A DNA stretch of 58,466 nt, from positions 1 to 58,466 of the forward strand of contig CAZBPT010000004.1 of assembly GCA_964493875.1 (NCBI GenBank), written 5' to 3'. Source of the DNA: an uncultured Bacteroidales bacterium (lineage in GTDB: Bacteria > Bacteroidota > Bacteroidia > Bacteroidales > ML635J-15). The position numbers and the translations under genes were made by a program. Shown here one piece after another: positions 19,776 through 29,272 of this stretch (position 1 is its first letter; each line of letters starts with the position of its first letter). The notes under the pieces are model-generated. The model was not told the origin of the DNA. It did not search any database and saw only the letters and a list, made by a program, of their open reading frames with translations.

Positions 19776-19780
19776 AATTA
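19712..19780. repeat. Direct repeat copy A: the true 3' end of dxr
   Basis: It aligns with 20440-20508. The 39-nt core 19722-19760 versus 20452-20490 has 5 mismatches. Confidence 0.75.
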
Positions 19781-19803
19781 TAAAAAAAAATAATGAAAAT
19801 TCA

Positions 19804-20412
19804 ATGAAAAGAACAATTTTAACAGCTTTTATATTTTGCATATCTCTATTTGGATACACACAAAATTTTGTAAAATTAACAAATGGAAATTCAGTTTGGA
19901 TAGATGACGTTTCCGATAATGGAGAAACAGTAACGTTTAAACCCAAAGATGGGTTTGGTTATTCAGTAAACAAGAAAGATATTGCCTATATCGAGTACCT
20001 TGAAGGAGGATTACATTACATTAACACAGATAATATTATTGATTTAAACACAACAGAATTACAGAAAACCGCAAAAGAAGACCCTAATAAATTAATTCAA
20101 AAAGGCAATTCTGTATATATTCCTTTTAGTTCAACAAAAGTTGTTACTCGTTCAGGAGGAATAAGGCTACGGAAAATGGTTCAAGAATTAGGATATTGGA
20201 ATGTTGTAGGCTGCGATAAAGAAGCTCACTTTATTTTGGAATTTGTTTATGATGAAAGAGGAAAAGATAAAGCATATATCATTTTAAAAACCAGAGACAA
20301 TATCATTTTTTATAAAAGCAAAAAAGTCTCCGCTAAAGACTTCATACCATCACACGCAGGACAAGAATCTGCTGAAAAGCTGTTTCGTAAGTTAAAACGA
20401 AAATTAAAATAA
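19804..20412 (+). CDS. Hypothetical secreted protein inserted between dxr and rseP
   Basis: 202 aa with a signal peptide (MKRTILTAFIFCISLFGYTQ) and a basic C-terminus. No recognisable family. Confidence 0.7.
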   Translation: MKRTILTAFIFCISLFGYTQNFVKLTNGNSVWIDDVSDNGETVTFKPKDGFGYSVNKKDIAYIEYLEGGLHYINTDNIIDLNTTELQKTAKEDPNKLIQKGNSVYIPFSSTKVVTRSGGIRLRKMVQELGYWNVVGCDKEAHFILEFVYDERGKDKAYIILKTRDNIIFYKSKKVSAKDFIPSHAGQESAEKLFRKLKRKLK

Positions 20413-20439
20413 AACAAAAAAAATAATTTTAGCTACAAT

Positions 20440-20508
20440 ATTTTTAATACAACAAATAATATTAGACGTATAAAAACATTAGAAAAAATATAAAAAAGAA
20501 ATAATTAA
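20440..20508. repeat. Direct repeat copy B: non-functional relic of the dxr 3' end just upstream of rseP
   Basis: Positions 20446-20493 read NTTNNIRRIKTLEKI-stop, compared with the dxr C-terminus NTNNITRIKTLERIKKLK-stop. Confidence 0.75.
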
Positions 20509-20516
20509 AATATATT

Positions 20517-22076
20517 ATGACAATATTAATCGCAATCCTATTATTTATTCTCGCAATTAGCATTTTAGTACTTTTCCACGAATTTGGACACTTCATTACT
20601 GCAAAAATTTTTGGTATGAGAGCCGAAAAATTCTATTTGTTTATGAACCCCGGCTTTTGCCTAATGAGAATGAAAAGAATAAATGGAAAATTTAAAATAA
20701 AATTTTTTACAAAAAACACAAAAAGAGCACAAAGAAATGTTTTTGATGAAAATGGCGATCCATTATTAGATGATAAAGGAAAAATAATTACCGAAGATAT
20801 TCCTATCGAAGAATTACCAAACGATGATTGGTGTAAATATCCTGAAAATACAGAATATGGTATTGGCTGGTTGCCAATTGGCGGTTTTGTAAAAATTGTC
20901 GGAATGGTTGATGAATCCATGGATACAAAAAACTTGAAAAAAGAGCCCGAACCATGGGAATATAGAGCTAAACCAGCTTGGCAACGCTTTATCGTAATTA
21001 CTGCAGGAGTTATCATGAACCTAATTATCGGCGTTGTGATTTTTTCTTTCACTCACCTCATCTTTACTAAAAAATATGTTCCAATTTCTAATGTTACAGA
21101 AGGCATTTATGCCTACCCATACGGACAATACGTAGGATTTCAAAATGGCGACATAATAATTAAATTGAACGATGAAAAAGTTGAAAGAAAAGAAGACATT
21201 GTAAATAACGGCATAATTACAACAAATCTTGTTTTTGCAAAAACTGCGACAGTTCTAAGAGACGGAAAAGAAAAAGTAATTGAAATTCCTGATACTCTTT
21301 TCAATGTATACAAAAATAACGTTCCATTCATTGGTTTCGACAATGTACCACTTGAAATTCATGATGTTCTTCCTTATACTCTTGCCCAAAACCCCAACGA
21401 TAATTCTGTTTTTGACACAATTAGAACAGGTGCATATTTGGCAGGGCTGGATTCTAACACTACAATTTTAGCAGTTCAAAATGAAGAAATCGTTAACTTC
21501 GGACAATTTAAAGAAATACTATATTTTAACAAAGGAAAAAATATTCCTTTTATTATCAAAAAGAATAATGTTATTGACACAGTAGAAGTTTCCGTTGATA
21601 CTCTAGGACGTATCGGGATATTATCAAAAACACCTGACTACGAATTGGCAGATTACAACATATTGTCATCAATAAAATTCGGATGGAAAGATGCGATTGA
21701 ATCCATGAATGCAAATATTAAAGGCTTCGGTAAAATCTTTTCAGGACAAATGTCTGCTAGCGAAAGTCTCTCTGGTCCATTGGGAATTCTACTGATATTC
21801 AAAAAAGGAATAATAGAAAATGATGGCAATATAATGGTTGTTTGGAGCTTCTTCTGGAAACTTACTGCAATCTTTTCTATGGCTTTGGCTTTTATGAATA
21901 TTATTCCAATACCGGCTCTTGACGGCGGTCATGCTCTCTTCGTATTGATTGAAGCAATTACAAGAAGAAAATTATCCGACAAATTTTTAATTTACTCACA
22001 ATATGTTGGATTGGCTTTATTATTAATTCTTATGATATACGCTACCGGTAACGATATACTTAAAATTTTCAGATAA
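20517..22076 (+). CDS. rseP: RIP (site-2) zinc metalloprotease RseP
   Basis: 519 aa. It has HEFGHF in TM1, a PDZ-like middle region, and NIIPIPALDGGH near the C-terminus. Confidence 0.9.
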   Translation: MTILIAILLFILAISILVLFHEFGHFITAKIFGMRAEKFYLFMNPGFCLMRMKRINGKFKIKFFTKNTKRAQRNVFDENGDPLLDDKGKIITEDIPIEELPNDDWCKYPENTEYGIGWLPIGGFVKIVGMVDESMDTKNLKKEPEPWEYRAKPAWQRFIVITAGVIMNLIIGVVIFSFTHLIFTKKYVPISNVTEGIYAYPYGQYVGFQNGDIIIKLNDEKVERKEDIVNNGIITTNLVFAKTATVLRDGKEKVIEIPDTLFNVYKNNVPFIGFDNVPLEIHDVLPYTLAQNPNDNSVFDTIRTGAYLAGLDSNTTILAVQNEEIVNFGQFKEILYFNKGKNIPFIIKKNNVIDTVEVSVDTLGRIGILSKTPDYELADYNILSSIKFGWKDAIESMNANIKGFGKIFSGQMSASESLSGPLGILLIFKKGIIENDGNIMVVWSFFWKLTAIFSMALAFMNIIPIPALDGGHALFVLIEAITRRKLSDKFLIYSQYVGLALLLILMIYATGNDILKIFR

Positions 22077-22081
22077 AGATT

Positions 22082-22927
22082 ATGTATAATTTTTGTCAAA
22101 ATAATTTTAAAACCGAAATAATTCTATTATTCTTTCTTTTAACATTAGCTTCGGCAAACTGTTTCTCTCAAGAAAAAATAGAAAAAAAACACACACCAAA
22201 AGGAAACAAAAGAATCGTTATTATACCTTTTGAAGAAAGAACATATTTTAACGATGCTAGCGATATCATCTCAGAGAAAGAAAAAATAAGTGATAAAGAA
22301 ATTATGAATTTTTTTCGTACTACGATAAATTCAGAACTTAGTAAAGCGATGGCAGATTCGTGCTACGTTACCGACATGCTAAACGCATCAAATACACGTA
22401 ACGAAGAAAGCATTCTTGACTCGATATATGACTTGGGGTATTACGAACTGGATGTTGCCAGACCTAACAATTATCAGAAAGAGGAAAAAATTACAAATTA
22501 TATTAAGAAGAGAAGAACAGAAAGAAAAAACGCTGACAGTACAAAAATTAAAAAAACTGAAATAAAAAACGGCGAAATAATTGAGACACAAAGTACTACT
22601 GATGATAAATATTTAAAAATCGCTTTTCACGACAGAAAAATAATAGAAAATATTGCATACGAAGAAAAAGCTGATTACATAATTTTTATAACACAATTTG
22701 AAATCGTCGGAAATGATTATCGAGACCCTTACTTGTCGGGAAATAGAAATGCCACAAGAAAGATAAAAATACACTTCACAATTTACGACTTTGCTGGATA
22801 TATTACTCACGGCGGATTCGCAGAAACTAATTTTCCTTTCACAGAAGATAAAAAACAAAAAATTATTGACGATTATTTACCTGAAATTAATCGACAAATT
22901 ACTAGTAACATAAAATTTAAAAAATGA
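22082..22927 (+). CDS. Hypothetical secreted protein
   Basis: 281 aa with a signal peptide (LLFFLLTLASANCFSQ) and a Lys/Glu-rich middle. No recognisable motif. Confidence 0.65.
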   Translation: MYNFCQNNFKTEIILLFFLLTLASANCFSQEKIEKKHTPKGNKRIVIIPFEERTYFNDASDIISEKEKISDKEIMNFFRTTINSELSKAMADSCYVTDMLNASNTRNEESILDSIYDLGYYELDVARPNNYQKEEKITNYIKKRRTERKNADSTKIKKTEIKNGEIIETQSTTDDKYLKIAFHDRKIIENIAYEEKADYIIFITQFEIVGNDYRDPYLSGNRNATRKIKIHFTIYDFAGYITHGGFAETNFPFTEDKKQKIIDDYLPEINRQITSNIKFKK

Positions 22928-23514
22928 AATTAGTTTTTGCAAGTAACAATAAACACAAATTAGAAGAAGCCAAAATTATTTCAAACGGTAAATTTGAAAT
23001 TCTCTCTCTTAATGATATAAATTTTCACGAAGAAATTCCTGAAGATTATGACAATTTATCGGAAAATGCTTTGCAAAAAGCGAATTACATCTACGACAGA
23101 TATCATATCAACTGTTTTGCAGATGACACAGGATTGTCAATTGAAGCTTTGAATGGAGAACCCGGAGTTTTCTCTGCAAGATATGCTGGGAATAATTGCA
23201 GCTATGAAGATAACATGAACAAAGTGCTTGAAAAAATGAAAGGCATTGACAATAGAAAAGCATCTTTTTCTACAATTATTGCATTAATATTAAATGGAGA
23301 AAAATATTTATTCGAAGGAAAAATAGAAGGAGAAATTGCTCTTGCACCAAGAGGAAGCAACGGCTTTGGCTACGACCCGATTTTTGTTCCAAAAAATTAC
23401 TCAAAAAGTTTCGCCGAACTTTCTGACGTTGAAAAAAATTCTATGAGTCATCGTTACCTTGCACTGCAGCAACTATTTATTTTTCTTGAATCTATCAAAA
23501 ACAATAAACTATAA
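22924..23514 (+). CDS. rdgB: Non-canonical purine NTP pyrophosphatase (dITP/XTP), RdgB/HAM1 family
   Basis: 196 aa. Motifs FASNNKHKLEE, ADDTGL.IEALNGEPGV.SARY and GFGYDPIF are present. Confidence 0.9.
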   Translation: MKLVFASNNKHKLEEAKIISNGKFEILSLNDINFHEEIPEDYDNLSENALQKANYIYDRYHINCFADDTGLSIEALNGEPGVFSARYAGNNCSYEDNMNKVLEKMKGIDNRKASFSTIIALILNGEKYLFEGKIEGEIALAPRGSNGFGYDPIFVPKNYSKSFAELSDVEKNSMSHRYLALQQLFIFLESIKNNKL

Positions 23515-23521
23515 AAAAAAT

Positions 23522-25912
23522 ATGATAAAATTATCTGACAAGATGAATAAGACTTCTCAATTTTTTGTATTTTTCCTAATCTCATTCTTATCGTTTGGGC
23601 AAATAGGAATGGGACAATGGCGAGAACACTACAATTATCATAATTGTTCAAAAGTAATTCCGGTGAACGAATACGTTTACGCTCTTTCGGAATCAGGAAT
23701 ACTAAAATACAACACAACAACATCTGAAATAGATGCTATTACAAAAATAAACGGTCTCACCGACAGCAAAAGTACTGCAATAGCATATTCAAAAAACTAC
23801 AATATGATTATTATTGGATACGAAAATGGCAATATCGACATCATTAAAGATAATGAAATAATAAACATTAACGACATCAAAAGAAAAGACTATAATGTAT
23901 CAAAAAAAATTCAAGATATTATTCTTGATGATAGTTACGCATATTTAGCCTGCGGATTCGGAATTGTAGTTTTAAATTTGGAAAAAGTAGAAATTAAAAG
24001 TTCCTGGTTGCTCGGAGATAATAGTTCATTTCTATCCACTAACAAGTTATTGATAAAAGATAATTTCATTTATGCAACAACTCCAAAAGGTGTTTATAAA
24101 GGATATATGGAAGATAATCTTGCAGATTTTTCTAATTGGGAAATAATTTCAAACAACAACTATGGAAATATTTCTTTCGATTGGCTTAAAGATAAAAATT
24201 TTAATTACATTGTAGAATTTGAAGGTAATCTTATCATCAATTGCAGTAACGAAGGCTATTCCGACAGTTTGGTAGTTTATACGGGAAATTCATGGGAATC
24301 GTTTAGGTTTAATTCTTCGATGGCTGTCGAGAAAGTTTATGGCCTTTCTGTTAGTAAAAATACTTTATTCGTTTGTAACTGGCAACTATTTTATATGATT
24401 CCTGAATATTCAGATATTGTTAATAGTATCTATGCTGGAGGTTCAGATAAAACATATTATCCGCAAGATATCTGTTACAGTGATTCTGACAATACAATTT
24501 TATATATTGCAAGTCGAGAAAGAGGATTTTTTTATCATTATTTGGATTATTGGGTTTCAAAAGATATAATACCAAATTGCCCAATTACTTCAAATGTTTA
24601 CGATATGACTTCCTGCGACGACCGTTTATATTGTGCTGCCGGTGGTAGAACAATAGCCTATGGTGCAATATATTCGAGTGCTACATATTACAAATTTGAA
24701 AACGAAAAATGGACAAATTACTCATCAACAGCATCAAAAAATGCAGAACATCTGCCTGCAGGTCTTTTTGACATTGTATCAATAGCAGTTGATCCAAGCG
24801 ATTATTCACATGTTTTTCTTGCCACTTGGTCAAACGGACTAATAGAACTGAGAAACAACGCTTTTTATAAGGTTTATAACGATACAAACAGCACTCTTAA
24901 AGCCGTATTAAACAGAATTATCGTAAGCGGGTTAAAATTTGACAAAGACGGTAACCTATGGATGTGTAACAGCATTGCAAACCCTTCTTTTCATATATTA
25001 AAAAAAGATGGCAGTTGGTCTTCTCTAAATTATATGAATTTTACAGACAGAGTTTTGGATAAACTAATCATTACTCAAGACGGAAATAAATGGGTAACGA
25101 TTCCGAGAGGAACAAATTTAGGCGGGTTGTTCGTATTTAATGAAAATGAAACTATTGATGATAAATCTGACGATAAATATAAAAAATTAAACCTGATAAA
25201 TGAACTTGGAGAAACTATCGGTGAAAACGAAGTGAATTGCATTGCAGAAGATAAGGATGGATACATTTGGATTGGAACATCACGTGGCGTTGCAGTTTAT
25301 TACCAACCAAATAAAGTTTTTCGTGAAAACATCACAGCGAGACAAGTTAAAGTTCCTAGAAACAATGGAACAAACCAAGCAGACTTACTTCTTGAATCAG
25401 AAACAGTAACTGCTATTGCCGTGGACGGCGATAACAAAAAATGGTTTGGAACTGCATCGAGTGGAGTATATTACACTAGCGCTGACGGACTGGAAGAAAT
25501 CTATCACTTCAATACAGACAATAGCCCACTACCCGACAACAATATCTTATCAATATCAATAATTCCGAATACCGGTGAAGTCTTTATCGGCACAGCATCA
25601 GGAATTATTTCTTATAGAAATGTACCAATAGAACCTAAAGAAAATTATTCTGATATTTTTGCTTTTCCGAACCCAGTGGAACATGATTACGATGGATTAA
25701 TTACAATTACAGGATTAACCGAAAAATCATTTGTTAAAATTACAGATATTTCCGGGAACTTGGTATATGAAACCATTTCCGAAGGTGGTCAAGCAGTGTG
25801 GAACGGAAAAAACAGCAAACAAAACAGAGTAGCAACAGGTGTATATCTCGTTTTTGTTGTTGCAGAAGACGGCAGTCAAAAAAATATTACCAAAATACTT
25901 TTTATTAATTAA
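23522..25912 (+). CDS. T9SS-sorted protein with a double beta-propeller and a C-terminal sorting domain (PorZ-like)
   Basis: The ORF is open from 23459, but ATG 23522 or 23543 gives a signal peptide (MNKTSQFFVFFLISFLSFGQ). Reg_prop-like repeats are present (IGTSRGVAVYY, FGTASSGVYYT, IGTASGIISY). The C-terminus FPNPVEHD...GVYLVFVV...ILFIN is a type A T9SS CTD. The PorZ assignment itself is inference. Confidence 0.75.
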   Translation: MIKLSDKMNKTSQFFVFFLISFLSFGQIGMGQWREHYNYHNCSKVIPVNEYVYALSESGILKYNTTTSEIDAITKINGLTDSKSTAIAYSKNYNMIIIGYENGNIDIIKDNEIININDIKRKDYNVSKKIQDIILDDSYAYLACGFGIVVLNLEKVEIKSSWLLGDNSSFLSTNKLLIKDNFIYATTPKGVYKGYMEDNLADFSNWEIISNNNYGNISFDWLKDKNFNYIVEFEGNLIINCSNEGYSDSLVVYTGNSWESFRFNSSMAVEKVYGLSVSKNTLFVCNWQLFYMIPEYSDIVNSIYAGGSDKTYYPQDICYSDSDNTILYIASRERGFFYHYLDYWVSKDIIPNCPITSNVYDMTSCDDRLYCAAGGRTIAYGAIYSSATYYKFENEKWTNYSSTASKNAEHLPAGLFDIVSIAVDPSDYSHVFLATWSNGLIELRNNAFYKVYNDTNSTLKAVLNRIIVSGLKFDKDGNLWMCNSIANPSFHILKKDGSWSSLNYMNFTDRVLDKLIITQDGNKWVTIPRGTNLGGLFVFNENETIDDKSDDKYKKLNLINELGETIGENEVNCIAEDKDGYIWIGTSRGVAVYYQPNKVFRENITARQVKVPRNNGTNQADLLLESETVTAIAVDGDNKKWFGTASSGVYYTSADGLEEIYHFNTDNSPLPDNNILSISIIPNTGEVFIGTASGIISYRNVPIEPKENYSDIFAFPNPVEHDYDGLITITGLTEKSFVKITDISGNLVYETISEGGQAVWNGKNSKQNRVATGVYLVFVVAEDGSQKNITKILFIN

Positions 25913-25920
25913 TCATCAAG

Positions 25921-27105
25921 ATGTTTTATAAAAAAATCACTCTTAAAGCAAAAAAAGAAGAATCAATTAAACGATTTCACCCATGGATTTTTTCAGGTGC
26001 GATAGCAAAAAAAGAAGATAATATTTCCGAAGGAGATATTTTAAAAATATATAGTAACAACAACGAATTTTTGGCTATTGGTCATTACCAAGTAGGAAGT
26101 ATTGCCATAAGAATTTTTTCCTTTGAAGATACAACGATTGATTATGATTTTTGGAAAAATAAAATTGAAAACGCATATAGATTAAGAGAAAAAATGAATT
26201 TTCAATCTAATGGTACCAATTGCTACAGATTAATTCACGGCGAAGGTGATTTTTTGCCAGGACTAATTGTCGATATTTATGACAACACAGCAGTAATTCA
26301 AGCACATTCTGTTGGAATGCACTTTTTAAGAAATGATTTTGCAAAAATTATTACAGAAATTGTTAAATCTGTAAATAATGTGTATTATAAATCAAATTCT
26401 ACATTATCATTTAACGACAAAACTAAACCTGAAGAAGAATATCTTATTAATAAAGGGACAGTAACAAAACTCGGAAAAGAATACGGAAAAACTTTTATTG
26501 TTGATTGGGAAAGCGGTCAGAAAACTGGTTATTTTATTGACCAAAGAGAAAACCGTAACTTATTGGGAAAATTTAGCAATGATAAAAAAATTCTTAATAT
26601 GTTTTGTTACACAGGCGGGTTTTCTGTTTCAGCATTAGAAGGCGGAGCAAATTATGTTGTATCCGTTGACAGTTCTGAAAAAGCTATTGAACTCACAAAA
26701 CAAAATATCAGCACAACTAGCAAAGTAAAAAATGATAATCACAAAGAAATTGTATCAGATGCCTTTGATTATCTAAAGACTACAGAAGAAAAATTTGATA
26801 TCATAATATTGGACCCACCTGCTTATGCAAAACATAGAGATTCTATTCACAATGCATTACAAGCATACAAAAGAATAAATGCAAAAGCATTAGAAAAAAT
26901 TGAAAGTGGAGGTATGTTATTTAGTTTTTCTTGCTCACAAGCTATCTCACGAGAACAATTTCGTTTGGCAGTTTTTAGTGCTGCAGCAATAGCAAAGCGA
27001 AAAGTAAGAATTTTATATCAACTAACACAACCAGCAGACCACCCAATAGATATATATCACCCCGAAGGCGAATATTTAAAAGGACTCGTTCTATACGTAG
27101 AATAA
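25921..27105 (+). CDS. rlmI: Class I SAM-dependent rRNA (m5C) methyltransferase, RlmI-like
   Basis: 394 aa with a PUA-like N-terminus (HPWIFSGAI). Methyltransferase motifs are present (ILNMFCYTGGFSV, ILDPPAYAK). Confidence 0.75.
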   Translation: MFYKKITLKAKKEESIKRFHPWIFSGAIAKKEDNISEGDILKIYSNNNEFLAIGHYQVGSIAIRIFSFEDTTIDYDFWKNKIENAYRLREKMNFQSNGTNCYRLIHGEGDFLPGLIVDIYDNTAVIQAHSVGMHFLRNDFAKIITEIVKSVNNVYYKSNSTLSFNDKTKPEEEYLINKGTVTKLGKEYGKTFIVDWESGQKTGYFIDQRENRNLLGKFSNDKKILNMFCYTGGFSVSALEGGANYVVSVDSSEKAIELTKQNISTTSKVKNDNHKEIVSDAFDYLKTTEEKFDIIILDPPAYAKHRDSIHNALQAYKRINAKALEKIESGGMLFSFSCSQAISREQFRLAVFSAAAIAKRKVRILYQLTQPADHPIDIYHPEGEYLKGLVLYVE

Positions 27106-27116
27106 TAGTATAGGAA

Positions 27117-28709
27117 TTACCAAGCATTATCAAAAACAGTCCAAATATAATCACCTGTTTCCCAAGCTTTTTCGACTGCTCTGTTTCCTGCATCGTTAGA
27201 ATAATTTGTTAATAGTATTATAGCATCATCTTTTTTACCTTGCTTAATCAAGTCCAAGGCTTTCTTTTCAATTTGATTTTGATTTGCTAAAAACTCTTGT
27301 TCCATTTCTTTCCATACTGCAGTTACTACCGGCGACATGTCTCCCCATCGTTTTGCTGTAATTGTTCCAAGACGATTAAAAGCCCACCATGCAGATTTTT
27401 TGCTAAAACCAGTTTCTCTTCCGCAAGTTTTATATGTTTCCGGGAAATCGGTTATTGAAGAATAAAACGGAACATAAACAGAAGAAGCAACATTGTCTAA
27501 TGCGAACCAACATAAACCTCCAACTTCATCAGGCATAAAATTTCTGCACTGTAATATTGTTGCATAAACAGTAAAATACACTGCGATATTACGTTCTCCA
27601 TTGGAATGCCAACCGCCATTAACTTTCATAAGTTTTAGCTCGTCTCTTTTCATAAAAGGGTTTGCAAGAGGAGAAATTATTACTTTACCATCATTATCTG
27701 CAACAGTAAGATTTTTTCTCATATCATATTCTGTACCTTCATAATAATCGCGGAAAACGCGCATCATATCAGAAACTTTCACTAAAGAATCGGGTTTAAC
27801 AGAAAAAGGATAATTTTCCATATTCGGGTCTAATTTTAATGAAGGTGCCAACAAATCGAAAACTCTCCATTCTCTTCTCCTACATGCAAGCATTGTTCGA
27901 GTATCAGGAGCATAAGCATAAGCAAAACGGAATGTTTCTTTTTTCTTGTCATACCAGCCATTTTCTTCAGCAAGCGAATAAATATTATCTGAAGCCATAA
28001 AATAATCAGGTTTCTTTAGATCAATTTCAAGAATACGCGAAGAATTTGCATTTACACTAATATGTCCATCAGGTACTCTTTGTGCAGCCCACACTGCTCC
28101 TACCTTTCCTTCTCCAGGTCCTAAAATCTCAAAATGCCAAACTTCATTTTTATCTGCAATGGTAAGACATTCTCCACTATCATTATAACCATATTTTTTC
28201 ACTAATTCTCCCGCGGTTTTAATAGCTTCTCTAGCGGTAGTACAACGTTCCAACATTAGCATACATAAAGCAGTACAATCAATAAGACCCAAATCGGATT
28301 TTAATTCGTTACGACCACCAAAAGTAGATTCTCCAATAGCTAGTTGATACTCATTCATACAAGGATAAGCAGAATTGAAATATTTATATGTATGCTCCAC
28401 TTCGGGAATTTCTCCAGTTTTTACAAATTCATATTTTGGCATTTTACCCTTTTCACTTGCTGCAGCGCGACGTTTATACAAAACTTTCATTACTCCCTTT
28501 TCATGATCTTTGGCCGGTTCTACAGATATATTTGTTCGTGTTCTTCCACTATCATCGGTGTGTGATGTCATAACAGAACCATCGGCAGAAGCCAACTTTC
28601 CTACAGTTATTGTAGTACATTCCATTCCATTAATATCCTCATCTGCATTGAATTGTGCAAAAATTGTCGTTGAACAGACAAATAAAAAAACTATTATACT
28701 CCTTTTCAT
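27117..28709 (-). CDS. C69-family dipeptidase, secreted
   Basis: 530 aa with a signal peptide, then the candidate N-terminal nucleophile context GMECTTITVGK...SHTDD, typical of C69 enzymes. Confidence 0.8.
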   Translation of the reverse strand: MKRSIIVFLFVCSTTIFAQFNADEDINGMECTTITVGKLASADGSVMTSHTDDSGRTRTNISVEPAKDHEKGVMKVLYKRRAAASEKGKMPKYEFVKTGEIPEVEHTYKYFNSAYPCMNEYQLAIGESTFGGRNELKSDLGLIDCTALCMLMLERCTTAREAIKTAGELVKKYGYNDSGECLTIADKNEVWHFEILGPGEGKVGAVWAAQRVPDGHISVNANSSRILEIDLKKPDYFMASDNIYSLAEENGWYDKKKETFRFAYAYAPDTRTMLACRRREWRVFDLLAPSLKLDPNMENYPFSVKPDSLVKVSDMMRVFRDYYEGTEYDMRKNLTVADNDGKVIISPLANPFMKRDELKLMKVNGGWHSNGERNIAVYFTVYATILQCRNFMPDEVGGLCWFALDNVASSVYVPFYSSITDFPETYKTCGRETGFSKKSAWWAFNRLGTITAKRWGDMSPVVTAVWKEMEQEFLANQNQIEKKALDLIKQGKKDDAIILLTNYSNDAGNRAVEKAWETGDYIWTVFDNAW

Positions 28710-28797
28710 ATGTATATATATATATTATTTAAATCGAATGAAAAATTAACTATATTTAAAAAAATATTCTTAAAATAGTTAATATCATAAAAATAAA

Positions 28798-28832
28798 AAT
28801 AATGTTTTTTTTTGAGAAAAAAAAACATTATT
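28798..28832. repeat. Perfect 16-bp inverted repeat (AT-rich hairpin), possible weak bidirectional terminator
   Basis: The sequence is aataatgttttttttt-gag-aaaaaaaaacattatt. It lies in the 340-bp gap downstream of the minus-strand ABC/GntR operon. Confidence 0.5.
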
Positions 28833-29052
28833 GTACAAAAAATTTAAGAAAACTAATTGATTATTTAAAAAACTAATTCATAATTTTTAAATAATTTATT
28901 TTTTTGATATTGAGCGAAAAGTTCTGATGAAATATTAATTACATAACATATAATTTCAAAATACTGTGATAATTTCTTTCAATAAGGATTAAGCCATCTA
29001 AACTAAAAAATCATCAGAACATCCGCTACACTATTATTATAAGATTTAGAAA

Positions 29053-29268
29053 TTATTCAGATTGTTCTTCATCTTTCTCAGAATCATACTCATATATTTG
29101 ATATTCATCATAAAGACTATCAACATATTCGTTATCGTCATTAATTTCTTTTTGCTGATAACAAATATTTTTACCGCCTACAATGAAAAGGGCGCCAACA
29201 GCAACTATATTTAATACTAATACTGACAAGAATATTATCAATAAAATTTTATTTGTTCTTTTTTTCAT
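29053..29268 (-). CDS. Small single-pass membrane protein with an acidic Tyr/Asp/Glu-rich tail
   Basis: 71 aa with one TM helix (ILLIIFLSVLVLNIVAVGALFIV) and the tail DDNEYVDSLYDEYQIYEYDSEKDEEQSE. It starts 4 nt after the GntR gene stop. Confidence 0.55.
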   Translation of the reverse strand: MKKRTNKILLIIFLSVLVLNIVAVGALFIVGGKNICYQQKEINDDNEYVDSLYDEYQIYEYDSEKDEEQSE

Positions 29269-29272
29269 TATT

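Noticed and set aside
20633-21052. Antisense or embedded ORFs of 60-143 aa. This includes 20633-21052, 40097-40423, 45061-45378, 45998-46420 and 46799-47230, and the many 60-90-aa ORFs in the track.
   Set aside because: Each is fully contained in, or antisense to, a longer ORF with clear family motifs (rseP, ppiD-like, TPR-like, gldE-like and others). Their translations are low-complexity with no signal of function.
28921-28930. A CTGATGA heptamer preceded by GAAA, reminiscent of the hammerhead ribozyme core.
   Set aside because: The spacing is wrong. Only 4 nt separate GAAA from CTGATGA, so the required helices cannot form. No stem II hairpin followed by GAAA is present downstream, and no cleavage-site context could be built. 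Chance match.
28921-29020. The 10-bp inverted repeats bracketing 80 bp, considered as a Bacteroides-style invertible promoter (inverton).
   Set aside because: There is no TAnnTTTG motif in either orientation inside the bracketed segment. No tyrosine or serine recombinase gene is nearby. The repeat arms are short for an AT-rich background. It is kept only as part of the low-interest intergenic finding.
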